32,000 nt of DNA from contig JAUVVC010000001.1 in assembly GCA_030604855.1 (NCBI GenBank), forward strand, positions 281,153 through 313,152. Direction: 5' to 3'. Shown here one piece after another: positions 16,329 through 25,041 of this stretch (its first letter is position 1; each line of letters begins with the position of its first letter). Origin of the DNA: Erysipelotrichaceae bacterium. GTDB taxonomy: Bacteria; Bacillota_I; Bacilli_A; Erysipelotrichales; Erysipelotrichaceae. The notes under the pieces were generated by a model. The model did not search any database. It was not told the origin of the DNA and was given only the letters and a program-made list of their open reading frames with translations. The translations under genes and the position numbers were made by a program.

Positions 16329-17853
16329 TAAAATCGTCGTATTGGATTTCGGAAGTCAGTATAATCAGTTGATTGCACGTCGGATTCGTGAAATGGGTGT
16401 GTTCAGTGAACTCAAAGCCCATGATACAGAAATCGACTATTATAAAAATGATCCTGAGATACGTGGAATCGTGTTCTCGGGTGGCCCTAATTCTGTTTAT
16501 GAAGAAGGCGCACTTCTCGTGGACCCTCAGATCTATGATTTGGGTATTCCAGTCTTGGGGATTTGTTATGGCATGCAGTTGATGGCACACCAATTGGGTG
16601 GGGAAGTCAAATCCGGTAAGATCCGTGAATATGGGAAATCGGATATTGAAATCAAACACTTCAACCCAATGTGTGATGGTTTACCATCAACACAAGCAGT
16701 TTGGATGAGTCATGGGGATGAAGTCCACCGTGTCCCTGAAGGTTTCACACAAGATGCTTTCAGTGAATCCGGTGTGCTTGCCAGCATGTCCAACGTCGAT
16801 ATACAACTTTATGGGGTTCAGTTCCATCCTGAAGTCAAGCATTCCGTATACGGACAAACCTGGTTGAAGAACTTTGTTTTCAATGTCTGTAAGGTCCAAA
16901 ACAATTGGAAGCTTGAAGATTTCATTGAACAAGAAGTTCAAGCCATTCGTGATGTGACCCAAGGTCAAGAAGTCCTTTGTGCTCTGTCCGGAGGTGTGGA
17001 TTCATCGGTCGTGGCAGCACTTTTGCACAAAGCTATTGGACCTAAATTGACATGTATGTTCGTAGATCATGGTTTGCTCAGAGAGAATGAAGCTGAACAA
17101 GTCAAACTTACCTTTGAAGATCACTTCAAAATAAATTTAATTAAAATTGATGCGAAGGAACGTTTTCTATCTAAATTAGCTGGTGTTGCGGATCCAGAGA
17201 AGAAACGTAAGATCATTGGAGAAGAATTCATTCGTGTGTTTGAATCGGAGTCCAAGAAATTGAGTCATATCGCGTTCTTAGCTCAAGGAACACTCTACAC
17301 AGATATTATTGAATCCGGAACGAAAACAGCGCATACCATCAAGTCCCATCACAATGTGGGGGGCTTGCCTAAGGATATGCATTTCAAATTGATTGAACCC
17401 TTGAACATGTTATTTAAAGATGAAGTTCGTCAATTAGGATTATTGTTGGGTCTAAGTGAAGCGATGGTTCACCGTCAACCGTTCCCAGGTCCAGGTTTAG
17501 CCATACGTATTATTGGGGATGTGACGGAAGAAAAACTGCATATCGTTCAAAAGAGTGATACCATCTTGCATGAAGAGTTCAAAAAGGCAGGCTTGGACAG
17601 AGAAATCTGGCAATACTTCACCGTTCTTACAAACATCCAATCTGTTGGGGTCATGGGCGATCAACGTACTTATGATTATGCGTTGGGTATCCGTGCCGTC
17701 ACATCCATTGATGGAATGACTGCGGATTATGCCAAGGTTCCTTATGAAATCTTGGATAGAGTATCCAATCGTATCGTCAATGAGGTTAAAGGGGTCAATC
17801 GTATTCTGTACGATGTGACTTCCAAACCACCAGCCACCATTGAGTGGGAATAG
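16321..17853 (+). CDS. guaA: GMP synthase (glutamine-hydrolysing)
   Basis: GATase motif GICYGMQ, PP-loop SGGVDSSV, C-terminal TIEWE. The GTG start overlaps the guaB stop by 8 nt. Confidence 0.93.
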   Translation: MADKIVVLDFGSQYNQLIARRIREMGVFSELKAHDTEIDYYKNDPEIRGIVFSGGPNSVYEEGALLVDPQIYDLGIPVLGICYGMQLMAHQLGGEVKSGKIREYGKSDIEIKHFNPMCDGLPSTQAVWMSHGDEVHRVPEGFTQDAFSESGVLASMSNVDIQLYGVQFHPEVKHSVYGQTWLKNFVFNVCKVQNNWKLEDFIEQEVQAIRDVTQGQEVLCALSGGVDSSVVAALLHKAIGPKLTCMFVDHGLLRENEAEQVKLTFEDHFKINLIKIDAKERFLSKLAGVADPEKKRKIIGEEFIRVFESESKKLSHIAFLAQGTLYTDIIESGTKTAHTIKSHHNVGGLPKDMHFKLIEPLNMLFKDEVRQLGLLLGLSEAMVHRQPFPGPGLAIRIIGDVTEEKLHIVQKSDTILHEEFKKAGLDREIWQYFTVLTNIQSVGVMGDQRTYDYALGIRAVTSIDGMTADYAKVPYEILDRVSNRIVNEVKGVNRILYDVTSKPPATIEWE

Positions 17854-17874
17854 AATACCAACATCATGATTTCT

Positions 17875-17907
17875 AAAAGTCCATTTATATAGTGGACTTT
17901 TATATTT
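17875..17907 (+). terminator. Rho-independent terminator of guaBA
   Basis: AAAAGTCCA (17875-17883) / TGGACTTTT (17893-17901), then ATATTT. Confidence 0.7.
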
Positions 17908-18063
17908 CAGTTCTTATTAGCCAAAATCTCGTTTAAATATATACTTCGCATAGTGCTATCATTAGAGTTACAGTACATGTGATAAAGATGCTCAACAAAA
18001 GCGTATGAATGTAAAACCAATCCTAGATATAATAGTGTAAGTGATAGAAATAACTGAGGGCAT

Positions 18064-18924
18064 ATGAAACCAACGTTAGCGAATACTAAAGATTATGCGA
18101 ATAAATTCTTAAAGCACTTATTATTTCGCCTTAAGGAAGATGACATTGCTGGTTTAAGTGCGCAATGTTCATATTTTCTTTTCTTGTCGTTATTTCCGTT
18201 TGTCATCTTTTTATTTAGTTTGTTGAGCTTTACGAATATACCTCAATCGCAATTGATGAATCTCGTGTTTAGTTATTTTCCGACGGATGTCGCAATCGTT
18301 ACTAGAACCATCATTGAAAATATTTTAAGCACACGTAACGTGACGCTTTTAACAGTAGGTGCTTTAATGACCGTATGGAGTTCATCGAGTGGTATCAATG
18401 CAGTCAGAAAAGGTTTATACAAAGCCTATCGTAAAGTTGAAACACGTCCTATTTGGCAAGTAATTGTGGTCAATTTGGTATCCACCGTTGGTTTAGCGTT
18501 AATTTTGTTTGTAACGATTGTCTTTTTGGTATCGGGTGAAGTTCTTGGAAATCAAGTTTTTAAAATATTAAGTATTTCCAGTACATTTGAATTTGTATGG
18601 AATCTCATTCGCTTATTAGTACCACTTATTACAATGGCTTCTGTATTCACTGTGTTGTATATCTTGATTCCATTTCGAAGAGTAAAGTTCAATGAAGTTT
18701 TTCCAGGTGTCATATTTGCGATGGTGGCATGGCTTACGATCTCGTTATTGTTTTCATACTTTGTCAATAACTTTACTAATTATGCCAATATCTATGGCAG
18801 TATCAGCGGAATCATTATTCTATTGATTTGGTTGAATTTGAGTTGTTTATTCTTGTTGTTGGGTGGTGAAATCAACGCTTCGATAGCTTATTTTAATGCT
18901 TTGGATAAGGATGATCAAGAATAG
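18064..18924 (+). CDS. YihY/BrkB-family integral membrane protein
   Basis: DIAGLSAQCSYFLFLSLFPFVIFL and C-terminal YGSISGIIILLIWLNLSCLFLLLGGEINA are the family hallmarks. Confidence 0.8.
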   Translation: MKPTLANTKDYANKFLKHLLFRLKEDDIAGLSAQCSYFLFLSLFPFVIFLFSLLSFTNIPQSQLMNLVFSYFPTDVAIVTRTIIENILSTRNVTLLTVGALMTVWSSSSGINAVRKGLYKAYRKVETRPIWQVIVVNLVSTVGLALILFVTIVFLVSGEVLGNQVFKILSISSTFEFVWNLIRLLVPLITMASVFTVLYILIPFRRVKFNEVFPGVIFAMVAWLTISLLFSYFVNNFTNYANIYGSISGIIILLIWLNLSCLFLLLGGEINASIAYFNALDKDDQE

Positions 18925-19086
18925 AGTCGACGTTCTTATTTTTTGAACTTTAGATAAGATGAATTTTATCAAAACTTATAAAATCAATGAATCGTAGAAT
19001 TAAAAGTCTACAAAATGTACAATTTATGACTTCACCAATCCATATTCTAGCGGTATCATATGAATATACTCAATGAGGAGGAAGAT

Positions 19087-20181
19087 ATGATGAAAGTTGA
19101 ACTCGCTCAGAATATACGGAAGTTACGAAAAGAAAAGTTGATGACGCAAGAGAATCTAGCGGAAGCACTGGGTGTTTCGGTTGCGGTGATCTCTAAATGG
19201 GAGTTAGGCGCATCCACACCAGATGTTCAATATATCGCGGAGATCGCTTCTTTCTTTGAGACCTCTGTTGATGTGCTCTTTGGTTATGAACTTCAAAGCA
19301 ACAATCTCACTAAAACGCTTGAAGCCTTGGATCAATGTCGCCAAAGCAAGAATTATGAACAAGCGTTATTGCTTGTAGAGAAGGCCATTCAGAAGTATTC
19401 AAATAATTTCATGATCAACTATAAGAGTGGACGTCTGTTGGCTTCGTTTGGGATTGAAAAGAAAGATGTTCAAATCACGGAAAGAGCAGTTGTGCTCTTG
19501 CATCGTGCGATTGATCTAATTTCACAGAACACGGATGAAAGTATTACTGAAATTGAGATCTATTCAGAGATTGCGGAGAGTTTGATCACCATCGATTGTG
19601 CAGAAGACGCACTTCAAATACTCAAGAAACATAATCCTGGAGGCTTGAACAACGCAACGATTGCGATGATCTATGCAAGTGACTTGAAACAAGCGGATGA
19701 AGCGTTCCCATATTTGACGAAAGCGTTGGGCGAAAACTTACAAGTACACATTCGCACAATCATTGGGTTTGTGAATGCGTACATGCTTAAGAAACAGTAT
19801 TCGAATGCATATGAAGCCATCACGTGGTTGATTCGAAATTTGGAAAGCTATAAGAAACAAGCAACGGATGTGACGTACATTGATAAATTGGTGGCCGTGT
19901 TCACCGTGGCGGCAGCGGATCTTTCGATCCATTTAAAGCAATTGGATCAAGCAAAGCACCATCTTCACGACGCCTATCAAGCCGCAGTACGATTTGATGA
20001 GCATCCGGATTATGGCATCAAACAACTACGTTTCTGTGAAAGTGCTCCGGATACTGCGGTTGCCTATGATGATTTAGGTGAAACAGCCCTGAAGGCGATC
20101 TTGCAGGCAATCCAAAACAGCGAAGAGAATCAAACCAGCTTAGAAACAATGTGGAAGGAGCTTGCTTATGAAGACAAGTGA
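19087..20181 (+). CDS. XRE-family HTH regulator with a long TPR-like C-terminal domain (RNPP-like architecture)
   Basis: HTH MTQENLAEALGVSVAVISKWELG, followed by about 290 aa of helical-repeat sequence. Start at the ATG at 19087 (or 19090) after GAGGAGG. Confidence 0.7.
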   Translation: MMKVELAQNIRKLRKEKLMTQENLAEALGVSVAVISKWELGASTPDVQYIAEIASFFETSVDVLFGYELQSNNLTKTLEALDQCRQSKNYEQALLLVEKAIQKYSNNFMINYKSGRLLASFGIEKKDVQITERAVVLLHRAIDLISQNTDESITEIEIYSEIAESLITIDCAEDALQILKKHNPGGLNNATIAMIYASDLKQADEAFPYLTKALGENLQVHIRTIIGFVNAYMLKKQYSNAYEAITWLIRNLESYKKQATDVTYIDKLVAVFTVAAADLSIHLKQLDQAKHHLHDAYQAAVRFDEHPDYGIKQLRFCESAPDTAVAYDDLGETALKAILQAIQNSEENQTSLETMWKELAYEDK

Positions 20182-21898
20182 AACCAAACAAAGACGTAAT
20201 ACATTCATCCAGCAGTTCTATCACAATAATAAACTTGCCTTTGGCTTTGCGGTGCTCGCAACGATCTTGTTATCTTTCATCAATCTTGCGATTTCGTGGT
20301 TGTTGCAACAAGTACTCGATGCGGCGACAGGAAGTGAGAACACATACAGTTTGACGACGTTGGCGATCATCTCGATGATGTTGATCATCTTCATTCTATT
20401 TGTAGGTCTGTTAAATTATAAGTCCAAACCTAAATTCATTGCGACCGCAATGAAACAATACAAAGATCATGCTTTCAAGTTCATCACGAAAAAGGGCATC
20501 CATGCATTCAGTGGTGAAAACACATCGGTTTACTTATCGGCATTATCAAACGATACGACAAACATAGAAACGAACTATTTGAACAATACGTTTACACTGG
20601 TCTCACAGCTTTTATCCTTTGTTGGAGCCTTTGCGATGATGTTGTGGTACAGTCCACTCTTGACGCTGGCGGCTGTGTTGCTCTCATCACTTCCACTTCT
20701 GGCATCCATTTTGGCTGGTAATCGTTTGGTTGTGGCAGAAAAGAATGTCTCGGATCGCAATGCGAGTTATGTCGCAACGCTTAAAGATTGTTTGAGTGGA
20801 TTCTCCGTGGTTAAGAGTTTCAAAGCAGAGAAGCAGATCATAACCATGTTGGCCAACTCAAATGACAATGCTGAAGGTGCGAAACGTTCGCGTAATCAAT
20901 TGAATACGGTCATACAGATTGCGGCTGCTTCTGCAGGCGCTGCAGCTCAATTGGGTGTCTTCTTGATTGGTGCTTGGTTGACGCTTTCTGGAAGTGGCAT
21001 CACAGCGGGGGTTGTATTGGTGTTTGTGAACTTGATGAATTTCGTGATCCAACCGATCGCGGAAGTTCCTGGACTACTAGCCAATCGTAGAGCGGCGTTG
21101 GGTCTCATTGATAAATTGGCGGATGCGGTTTCATCAAACATTCGTGATACGGGTCATTCCATAGAAAATGTACTCAAACACAGTATTCGACTTGAAAATG
21201 TATCCTTTAGTTACGAAGACAAGAAAATGGTTCTTCATGATATCAATCTGAAACTTGAAAAAGGGAAGAGCTATGTGATTGTCGGTGGTTCTGGCAGTGG
21301 GAAGTCCACTTTATTGAATCTCTTAATGGCTGCCAACAGCAACTATGAGGGACAGATCTATTATGATGACGTTGAACTCAGAGACATCAGCACGGAATCA
21401 CTGTATGACCTTGTATCGATCATCCAGCAGAATGTATTTGTCTTCAACAGCACCATCGCCGAGAACATCACGATGTTCAGTCCATTCAAACAAGAAGACA
21501 TCGATCTCGCCATTGAACTTTCAGGCTTATCGAGTTTGATTGAGCAACGCGGGTCCGATTATCTCTGTGGTGAGAACGGAAGTGGCTTATCCGGTGGTGA
21601 GAAACAAAGAATCTCGATCGCACGAAGTGTATTGCGTAGAACACCGGTCATGTTTGTGGATGAGGCAACTTCGTCCTTGGATGTGGAGACTGCGTTTGAT
21701 GTGGCCAATGCGATCTTGGATCTTCAAGGTTTGACGAAAGTCATGGTTACACATACCTTGGATGATGCGATCCTAAGACGTTGTGATGCCATCATCACCT
21801 TGAAGTCTGGTACGATCAAAGAATTCGGAACGTTTGACGATTTGATGGCGAATAAAGGTTATTTCTATTCCTTGTTTACGGTCTCGCAAGGGGAGTAG
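20168..21898 (+). CDS. ABC exporter, fused permease + ATPase (type I exporter)
   Basis: About 6 TM helices, then Walker A GGSGSGKST, signature LSGGEKQRISIAR and Walker B VMFVDEATSSLD. No N-terminal C39 peptidase. The ATG at 20168 follows AAGGAG and overlaps the regulator gene by 14 nt. Confidence 0.85.
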   Translation: MKTSETKQRRNTFIQQFYHNNKLAFGFAVLATILLSFINLAISWLLQQVLDAATGSENTYSLTTLAIISMMLIIFILFVGLLNYKSKPKFIATAMKQYKDHAFKFITKKGIHAFSGENTSVYLSALSNDTTNIETNYLNNTFTLVSQLLSFVGAFAMMLWYSPLLTLAAVLLSSLPLLASILAGNRLVVAEKNVSDRNASYVATLKDCLSGFSVVKSFKAEKQIITMLANSNDNAEGAKRSRNQLNTVIQIAAASAGAAAQLGVFLIGAWLTLSGSGITAGVVLVFVNLMNFVIQPIAEVPGLLANRRAALGLIDKLADAVSSNIRDTGHSIENVLKHSIRLENVSFSYEDKKMVLHDINLKLEKGKSYVIVGGSGSGKSTLLNLLMAANSNYEGQIYYDDVELRDISTESLYDLVSIIQQNVFVFNSTIAENITMFSPFKQEDIDLAIELSGLSSLIEQRGSDYLCGENGSGLSGGEKQRISIARSVLRRTPVMFVDEATSSLDVETAFDVANAILDLQGLTKVMVTHTLDDAILRRCDAIITLKSGTIKEFGTFDDLMANKGYFYSLFTVSQGE

Positions 21899-22027
21899 CG
21901 TCATCGACGTTACTGAAAGGCGTATACGACTTTTTAAAGATAATATCAAGTCTAAAAGAAAGTCTTAACTTTCTTTGATTAATCTGACTAAAAGTTGTGA
22001 GAACTATCAGTGAATATTCTTAGAGTC

Positions 22028-22060
22028 AAACGTGAAGTACTCTGTATTTCACGTTTTTTA
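22028..22060 (+). terminator. Rho-independent terminator after the ABC exporter gene
   Basis: AAACGTGAA (22028-22036) / TTCACGTTT (22048-22056), then TTTA. Confidence 0.6.
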
Positions 22061-22097
22061 TTGGTAAAATAGTTTCATTAGACATGAGGGCTTAACA

Positions 22098-22619
22098 ATG
22101 AATCTTCGATTAATACGTCCCACCAAAGAACACCGAGAAATGATTGTGGACATGATGCTGGAATGGTCCGCAACAGGAGAACGAATCATACCAGGAGCCA
22201 TCAAATTTCATGATTATTGTGATTTTGAGGGTTATCTGGAACATTTTCGCTTAGAAGCAGAAGGACCTGTTCCTGAAGGGAAGGTCAAGTCGACCACTTT
22301 CTTTGCCTATGATATCGATCGAAAACGAATGGTAGGGGCAGTGAGTATTCGCCATGAACTCAATGCGGAGCTTTTACACAGTGGAGGACACATTGGAGAT
22401 GGTATTCGACCCAGTGAGCGTAATAAAGGTTATGCGACAGAGATGATTCGCTTGGCACTCGATTTCTGTCGTGAGATAGGGGTCAGTAGGATCTTGATGA
22501 CCTGTGATGAAGCCAATAAAGCCTCGGCACGCACCATTCAAAAGAATGGGGGTACTTTTGATAGTAGCTTCATTAATGAAGTGGGTGTCGTGGAAGAACG
22601 TTATTGGATTGAAGTTTGA
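22098..22619 (+). CDS. GNAT-family N-acetyltransferase
   Basis: Acetyl-CoA-binding-type segment IRPSERNKGYATEMIRLALDFCREIG. SD GAGGG. Confidence 0.72.
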   Translation: MNLRLIRPTKEHREMIVDMMLEWSATGERIIPGAIKFHDYCDFEGYLEHFRLEAEGPVPEGKVKSTTFFAYDIDRKRMVGAVSIRHELNAELLHSGGHIGDGIRPSERNKGYATEMIRLALDFCREIGVSRILMTCDEANKASARTIQKNGGTFDSSFINEVGVVEERYWIEV

Positions 22620-22685
22620 ACGTCGAACAGATCTTTCGATATAACACATACACCTCAATTAATGCATATTAAATTGCACAAAATA

Positions 22686-22714
22686 TTGAGCAATATAGTG
22701 AGTTATGATAGAAT
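22686..22714 (+). promoter_or_regulatory. Sigma-A-type promoter of the toxin-antitoxin pair
   Basis: TTGAGC (22686-22691), 17 nt spacer, TAGAAT (22709-22714) with an upstream TG (extended -10). Confidence 0.5.
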
Positions 22715-22737
22715 GCTTATAAGAAAGTAGGTGTGTT

Positions 22738-23067
22738 ATGATTTCAATCCTTGAAAAGAATAATGGACTAGATAAAGTGTCAGCTACGGATGTGCGACGT
22801 CGTTATGCAGAGTTCTCGGATATTGTTCATGCGAGTGATCGACCTATTGAAATCACATTGAATGGAAGAGCGGATTTGATCGTTATGAAACCAAGTTTTT
22901 ATAATGCTTTAATGGATGTCTTGGAAGACTATGATGATCAACTAAGAATTTTTAAGCTCTTAACTGAGAAACAAGAGGATAATTCAATTCTGTTTGATGA
23001 TGTGTTTTCGGATGAAGATCGTGGTGATTATGCGGAGATGTCGATTGACGACTTATTGAGTCAATAA
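22738..23067 (+). CDS. Type II antitoxin, Phd/YefM-like, with a long acidic C-terminal tail
   Basis: VSATDVRRRYAEFSDIVHASDRPIEITLNGRADLIVMKPSFYNALMDVLED follows the Phd/YefM N-domain pattern. It lies 1 nt upstream of the toxin gene. Confidence 0.68.
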   Translation: MISILEKNNGLDKVSATDVRRRYAEFSDIVHASDRPIEITLNGRADLIVMKPSFYNALMDVLEDYDDQLRIFKLLTEKQEDNSILFDDVFSDEDRGDYAEMSIDDLLSQ

Positions 23068-23068
23068 A

Positions 23069-23416
23069 ATGCGAAAAGTTGAAATTACTAAAGATTGCTT
23101 AGAGGATATCCATAAATTAGATAAACGATGTCGTCAATGGGTTATGTCAATCGTTGATTATTTGAGAGATGAAAAACATACCATTGAGATGATTGAACAG
23201 CATTTTCCAATGTTGTCAGGTGGTCTACATGGTTTTCGCAAAGCGAAGCATCGAGGCTTTGGACTACGAATATTATTTAGGGTTGTATCCAATAAACGGA
23301 TTCTCGTTACGATTGATCGAAGTTTTGGTGATCTGGCTGTTGATGAAGTAATCCAGTTATTTGCAGTAGGGCATCGAGACAAGATTTATGATATTGTACG
23401 TAAACGAATCAGATAA
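23069..23416 (+). CDS. Type II toxin, RelE/ParE superfamily
   Basis: LSGGLHGFRKAKHRGFGLRILFRV ... VGHRDKIYD matches the RelE/ParE core pattern (L-x-G-x-R-x-G-x-RI-x-hR-x-x-iY). It carries an extra segment between the last strands. Confidence 0.62.
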   Translation: MRKVEITKDCLEDIHKLDKRCRQWVMSIVDYLRDEKHTIEMIEQHFPMLSGGLHGFRKAKHRGFGLRILFRVVSNKRILVTIDRSFGDLAVDEVIQLFAVGHRDKIYDIVRKRIR

Positions 23417-23419
23417 ATA

Positions 23420-23440
23420 AACACAAGTCTGGCTTGTGTT
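23420..23440. terminator. Bidirectional hairpin between the toxin gene and the convergent HD gene
   Basis: AACACAAG (23420-23427) / CTTGTGTT (23433-23440). T-rich on the plus side (TTCC) and TTATTTAT on the minus side. Confidence 0.55.
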
Positions 23441-23444
23441 TTCC

Positions 23445-23873
23445 TTAGGTCTCCAAAATTTTGATGGATTCCGCATATCGATGGAGTCGTTCTTTTGTTT
23501 TATCATCAACGTGATTCAGGCGTGATACATCACTGTTGTGTTCTAAATCCGCGAGTTTTACAATACGAGCGAGCTCATTCTCTTTGACACGATGTATGTA
23601 TTCGATGTAGTCTTCTGAATCATCGTGCGTTAATAATTGAAGCGCAGCCATGATTGAAGAAGAAAATCCATGATGATCAATATCTTCAAATGTATAGGGA
23701 GAATCTTCTACCACATCATGCAAGATTGCTGTGATGATCGAATCTTCTGTCTCCATTTGTGTTGCGAGATAGAAGGGATGATAAATATAGGGTAGTCCTG
23801 CTTTGTCAACTTGATTCTTATGGGCATCATAGGCAAGTAGCAAGGCTTTATTGATCATTGGCGTATAGAACAT
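23445..23873 (-). CDS. Stand-alone HD-domain protein of the RelA/SpoT hydrolase type (small alarmone hydrolase-like)
   Basis: AHKNQVDKAGLPYIYHPFYLA ... ILHDVVEDS ... VKLADLEHN reproduces the (p)ppGpp-hydrolase HD motifs. SD GGAGG. Confidence 0.72.
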   Translation of the reverse strand: MFYTPMINKALLLAYDAHKNQVDKAGLPYIYHPFYLATQMETEDSIITAILHDVVEDSPYTFEDIDHHGFSSSIMAALQLLTHDDSEDYIEYIHRVKENELARIVKLADLEHNSDVSRLNHVDDKTKERLHRYAESIKILET

Positions 23874-23909
23874 AAAAAGACCTCCGTTAAGTTTATTATA
23901 AACGAATAT

Positions 23910-23930
23910 TTAATTAATTGACTTAATTAA
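23910..23930. promoter_or_regulatory. AT-rich inverted repeat (TTAATTAA-TTGAC-TTAATTAA), candidate OhrR operator overlapping a TTGACT -35
   Basis: Two copies of the self-complementary octamer flank TTGAC, about 45 nt upstream of the gpx start. Confidence 0.35.
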
Positions 23931-23974
23931 TAAATATGATACCATTAGATTGTAAACAACCTAATGGAGGAACT

Positions 23975-24511
23975 ATGAGTCTATATCAATTCAATGTTAA
24001 AGATGTGAAGAAGAATGATATCAGTTTAAAGGATTATGAAGGCAAGGTTTTATTGGTGGTGAATACAGCTTCGGGTTGTGGCTTCACGCCGCAATATGAG
24101 GGACTTGAAACCTTGTACAAGCAATACAAAGATCAAGGTTTTGAGATCCTGGATTTTCCATGCAATCAATTCATGAATCAAGCACCGGGTAGTGATGCGG
24201 AATTAGCGGAATTTTGTCAGTTGAAATTCGGCACAAGCTTCAAGACCTTTGCGAAAGTGAATGTGAATGGAGAGGATGCGGATCCGTTGTTCAAGTATCT
24301 TCGTCACGAAGCACCCAGTGAACATGAAGATGAAAAGGCTAATTCTTTTAAGAAAGTGTTGAATGATTTGAAACAAAGCTTTGCGGGAGATTCTGTTAAA
24401 TGGAATTTCACGAAGTTCTTGGTGGGTCGTGATGGCAAGGTCATTGCACGTTTTGCGCCAACGTTTAAACCTGAAGCTTTGGAACCTTTCATTCTTGAAG
24501 CTTTGAAGTAA
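23975..24511 (+). CDS. gpx: Glutathione peroxidase family protein (Cys-type, BsaA-like)
   Basis: VVNTASGCGFTPQY, FPCNQF and WNFTKFLV motifs. The ATG at 23975 follows GGAGG. Confidence 0.9.
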   Translation: MSLYQFNVKDVKKNDISLKDYEGKVLLVVNTASGCGFTPQYEGLETLYKQYKDQGFEILDFPCNQFMNQAPGSDAELAEFCQLKFGTSFKTFAKVNVNGEDADPLFKYLRHEAPSEHEDEKANSFKKVLNDLKQSFAGDSVKWNFTKFLVGRDGKVIARFAPTFKPEALEPFILEALK

Positions 24512-24512
24512 G

Positions 24513-24947
24513 ATGGATGAGCATTTAAAGCTGGAGAATCAACTCTGCTTTGCTTTGTATACGGGTGCGCGTACGATTGTGCGTAAGTATAAACCTTTCC
24601 TGGACCCTTTAGGTCTGACCTATACGCAGTACATCGTGATGTTGGTTCTTTGGGAACAAGACAATATCCCTTTAAAGGACTTGGGAGAGCGTTTGATGTT
24701 GGATTCGGGTACACTTACACCCTTGATCAAAAAGCTTGAGAAACAGGGTTTATTGAAGCGTGAGCGGGGCCAATCGGACGAGCGTTTCATCTCCATCGTA
24801 TTGACTCAAGAAGGGCGAAGATTGAAAGAAAAGGCAAGTGAAGTTCCCTATCAGATTGCAAGTTCTTTGCGTTTGACCGTGGAACAAGCCATTGATTTGA
24901 AGTTACGTTTGGATCAATTCATCCAAGACGATAAGGTGAATGAATAG
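24513..24947 (+). CDS. ohrR: MarR-family organic-hydroperoxide sensor OhrR (1-Cys type)
   Basis: LENQLCFALY...KYKPFLDPLGLTYTQY...LDSGTLTPLIKKLEKQGLL aligns closely by eye with Bacillus subtilis OhrR, including the sensing Cys. It starts 1 nt after the gpx stop. Confidence 0.88.
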   Translation: MDEHLKLENQLCFALYTGARTIVRKYKPFLDPLGLTYTQYIVMLVLWEQDNIPLKDLGERLMLDSGTLTPLIKKLEKQGLLKRERGQSDERFISIVLTQEGRRLKEKASEVPYQIASSLRLTVEQAIDLKLRLDQFIQDDKVNE

Positions 24948-25041
24948 AGAAAGCAAAGCTTCCTTTTTATGTGGTCATTTCATAGAATCGTCACAATCTC
25001 TTTGCCTCCATTTGATAGAATTAGAAGTGTTGAGGGAATGA

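Noticed and set aside
18959-19076. Short ORFs upstream of the XRE-TPR regulator (12 aa MNFIKTYKINES; 16 aa MTSPIHILAVSYEYTQ) as signalling pro-peptides.
   Set aside because: Neither has an SD, a signal-peptide-like segment or an SHP-like hydrophobic segment. The 16-aa ORF begins at or before the likely transcript start. They are kept only as a note inside the regulator finding.
22098-22619. GNAT acetyltransferase as a TA-type toxin (TacT/AtaT-like) linked to the adjacent antitoxin.
   Set aside because: It is separated from the Phd/RelE pair by 118 nt containing that pair's own promoter. No RHH/DUF1778-type antitoxin is adjacent, and the Phd-like gene already has a cognate RelE/ParE-like partner.
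24304-24714. 136-aa minus-strand ORF spanning the gpx/ohrR junction.
   Set aside because: It is antisense to two genes with strong family motifs. It is Pro/Ser/Lys-rich low-complexity sequence with no SD. Treated as a shadow ORF.
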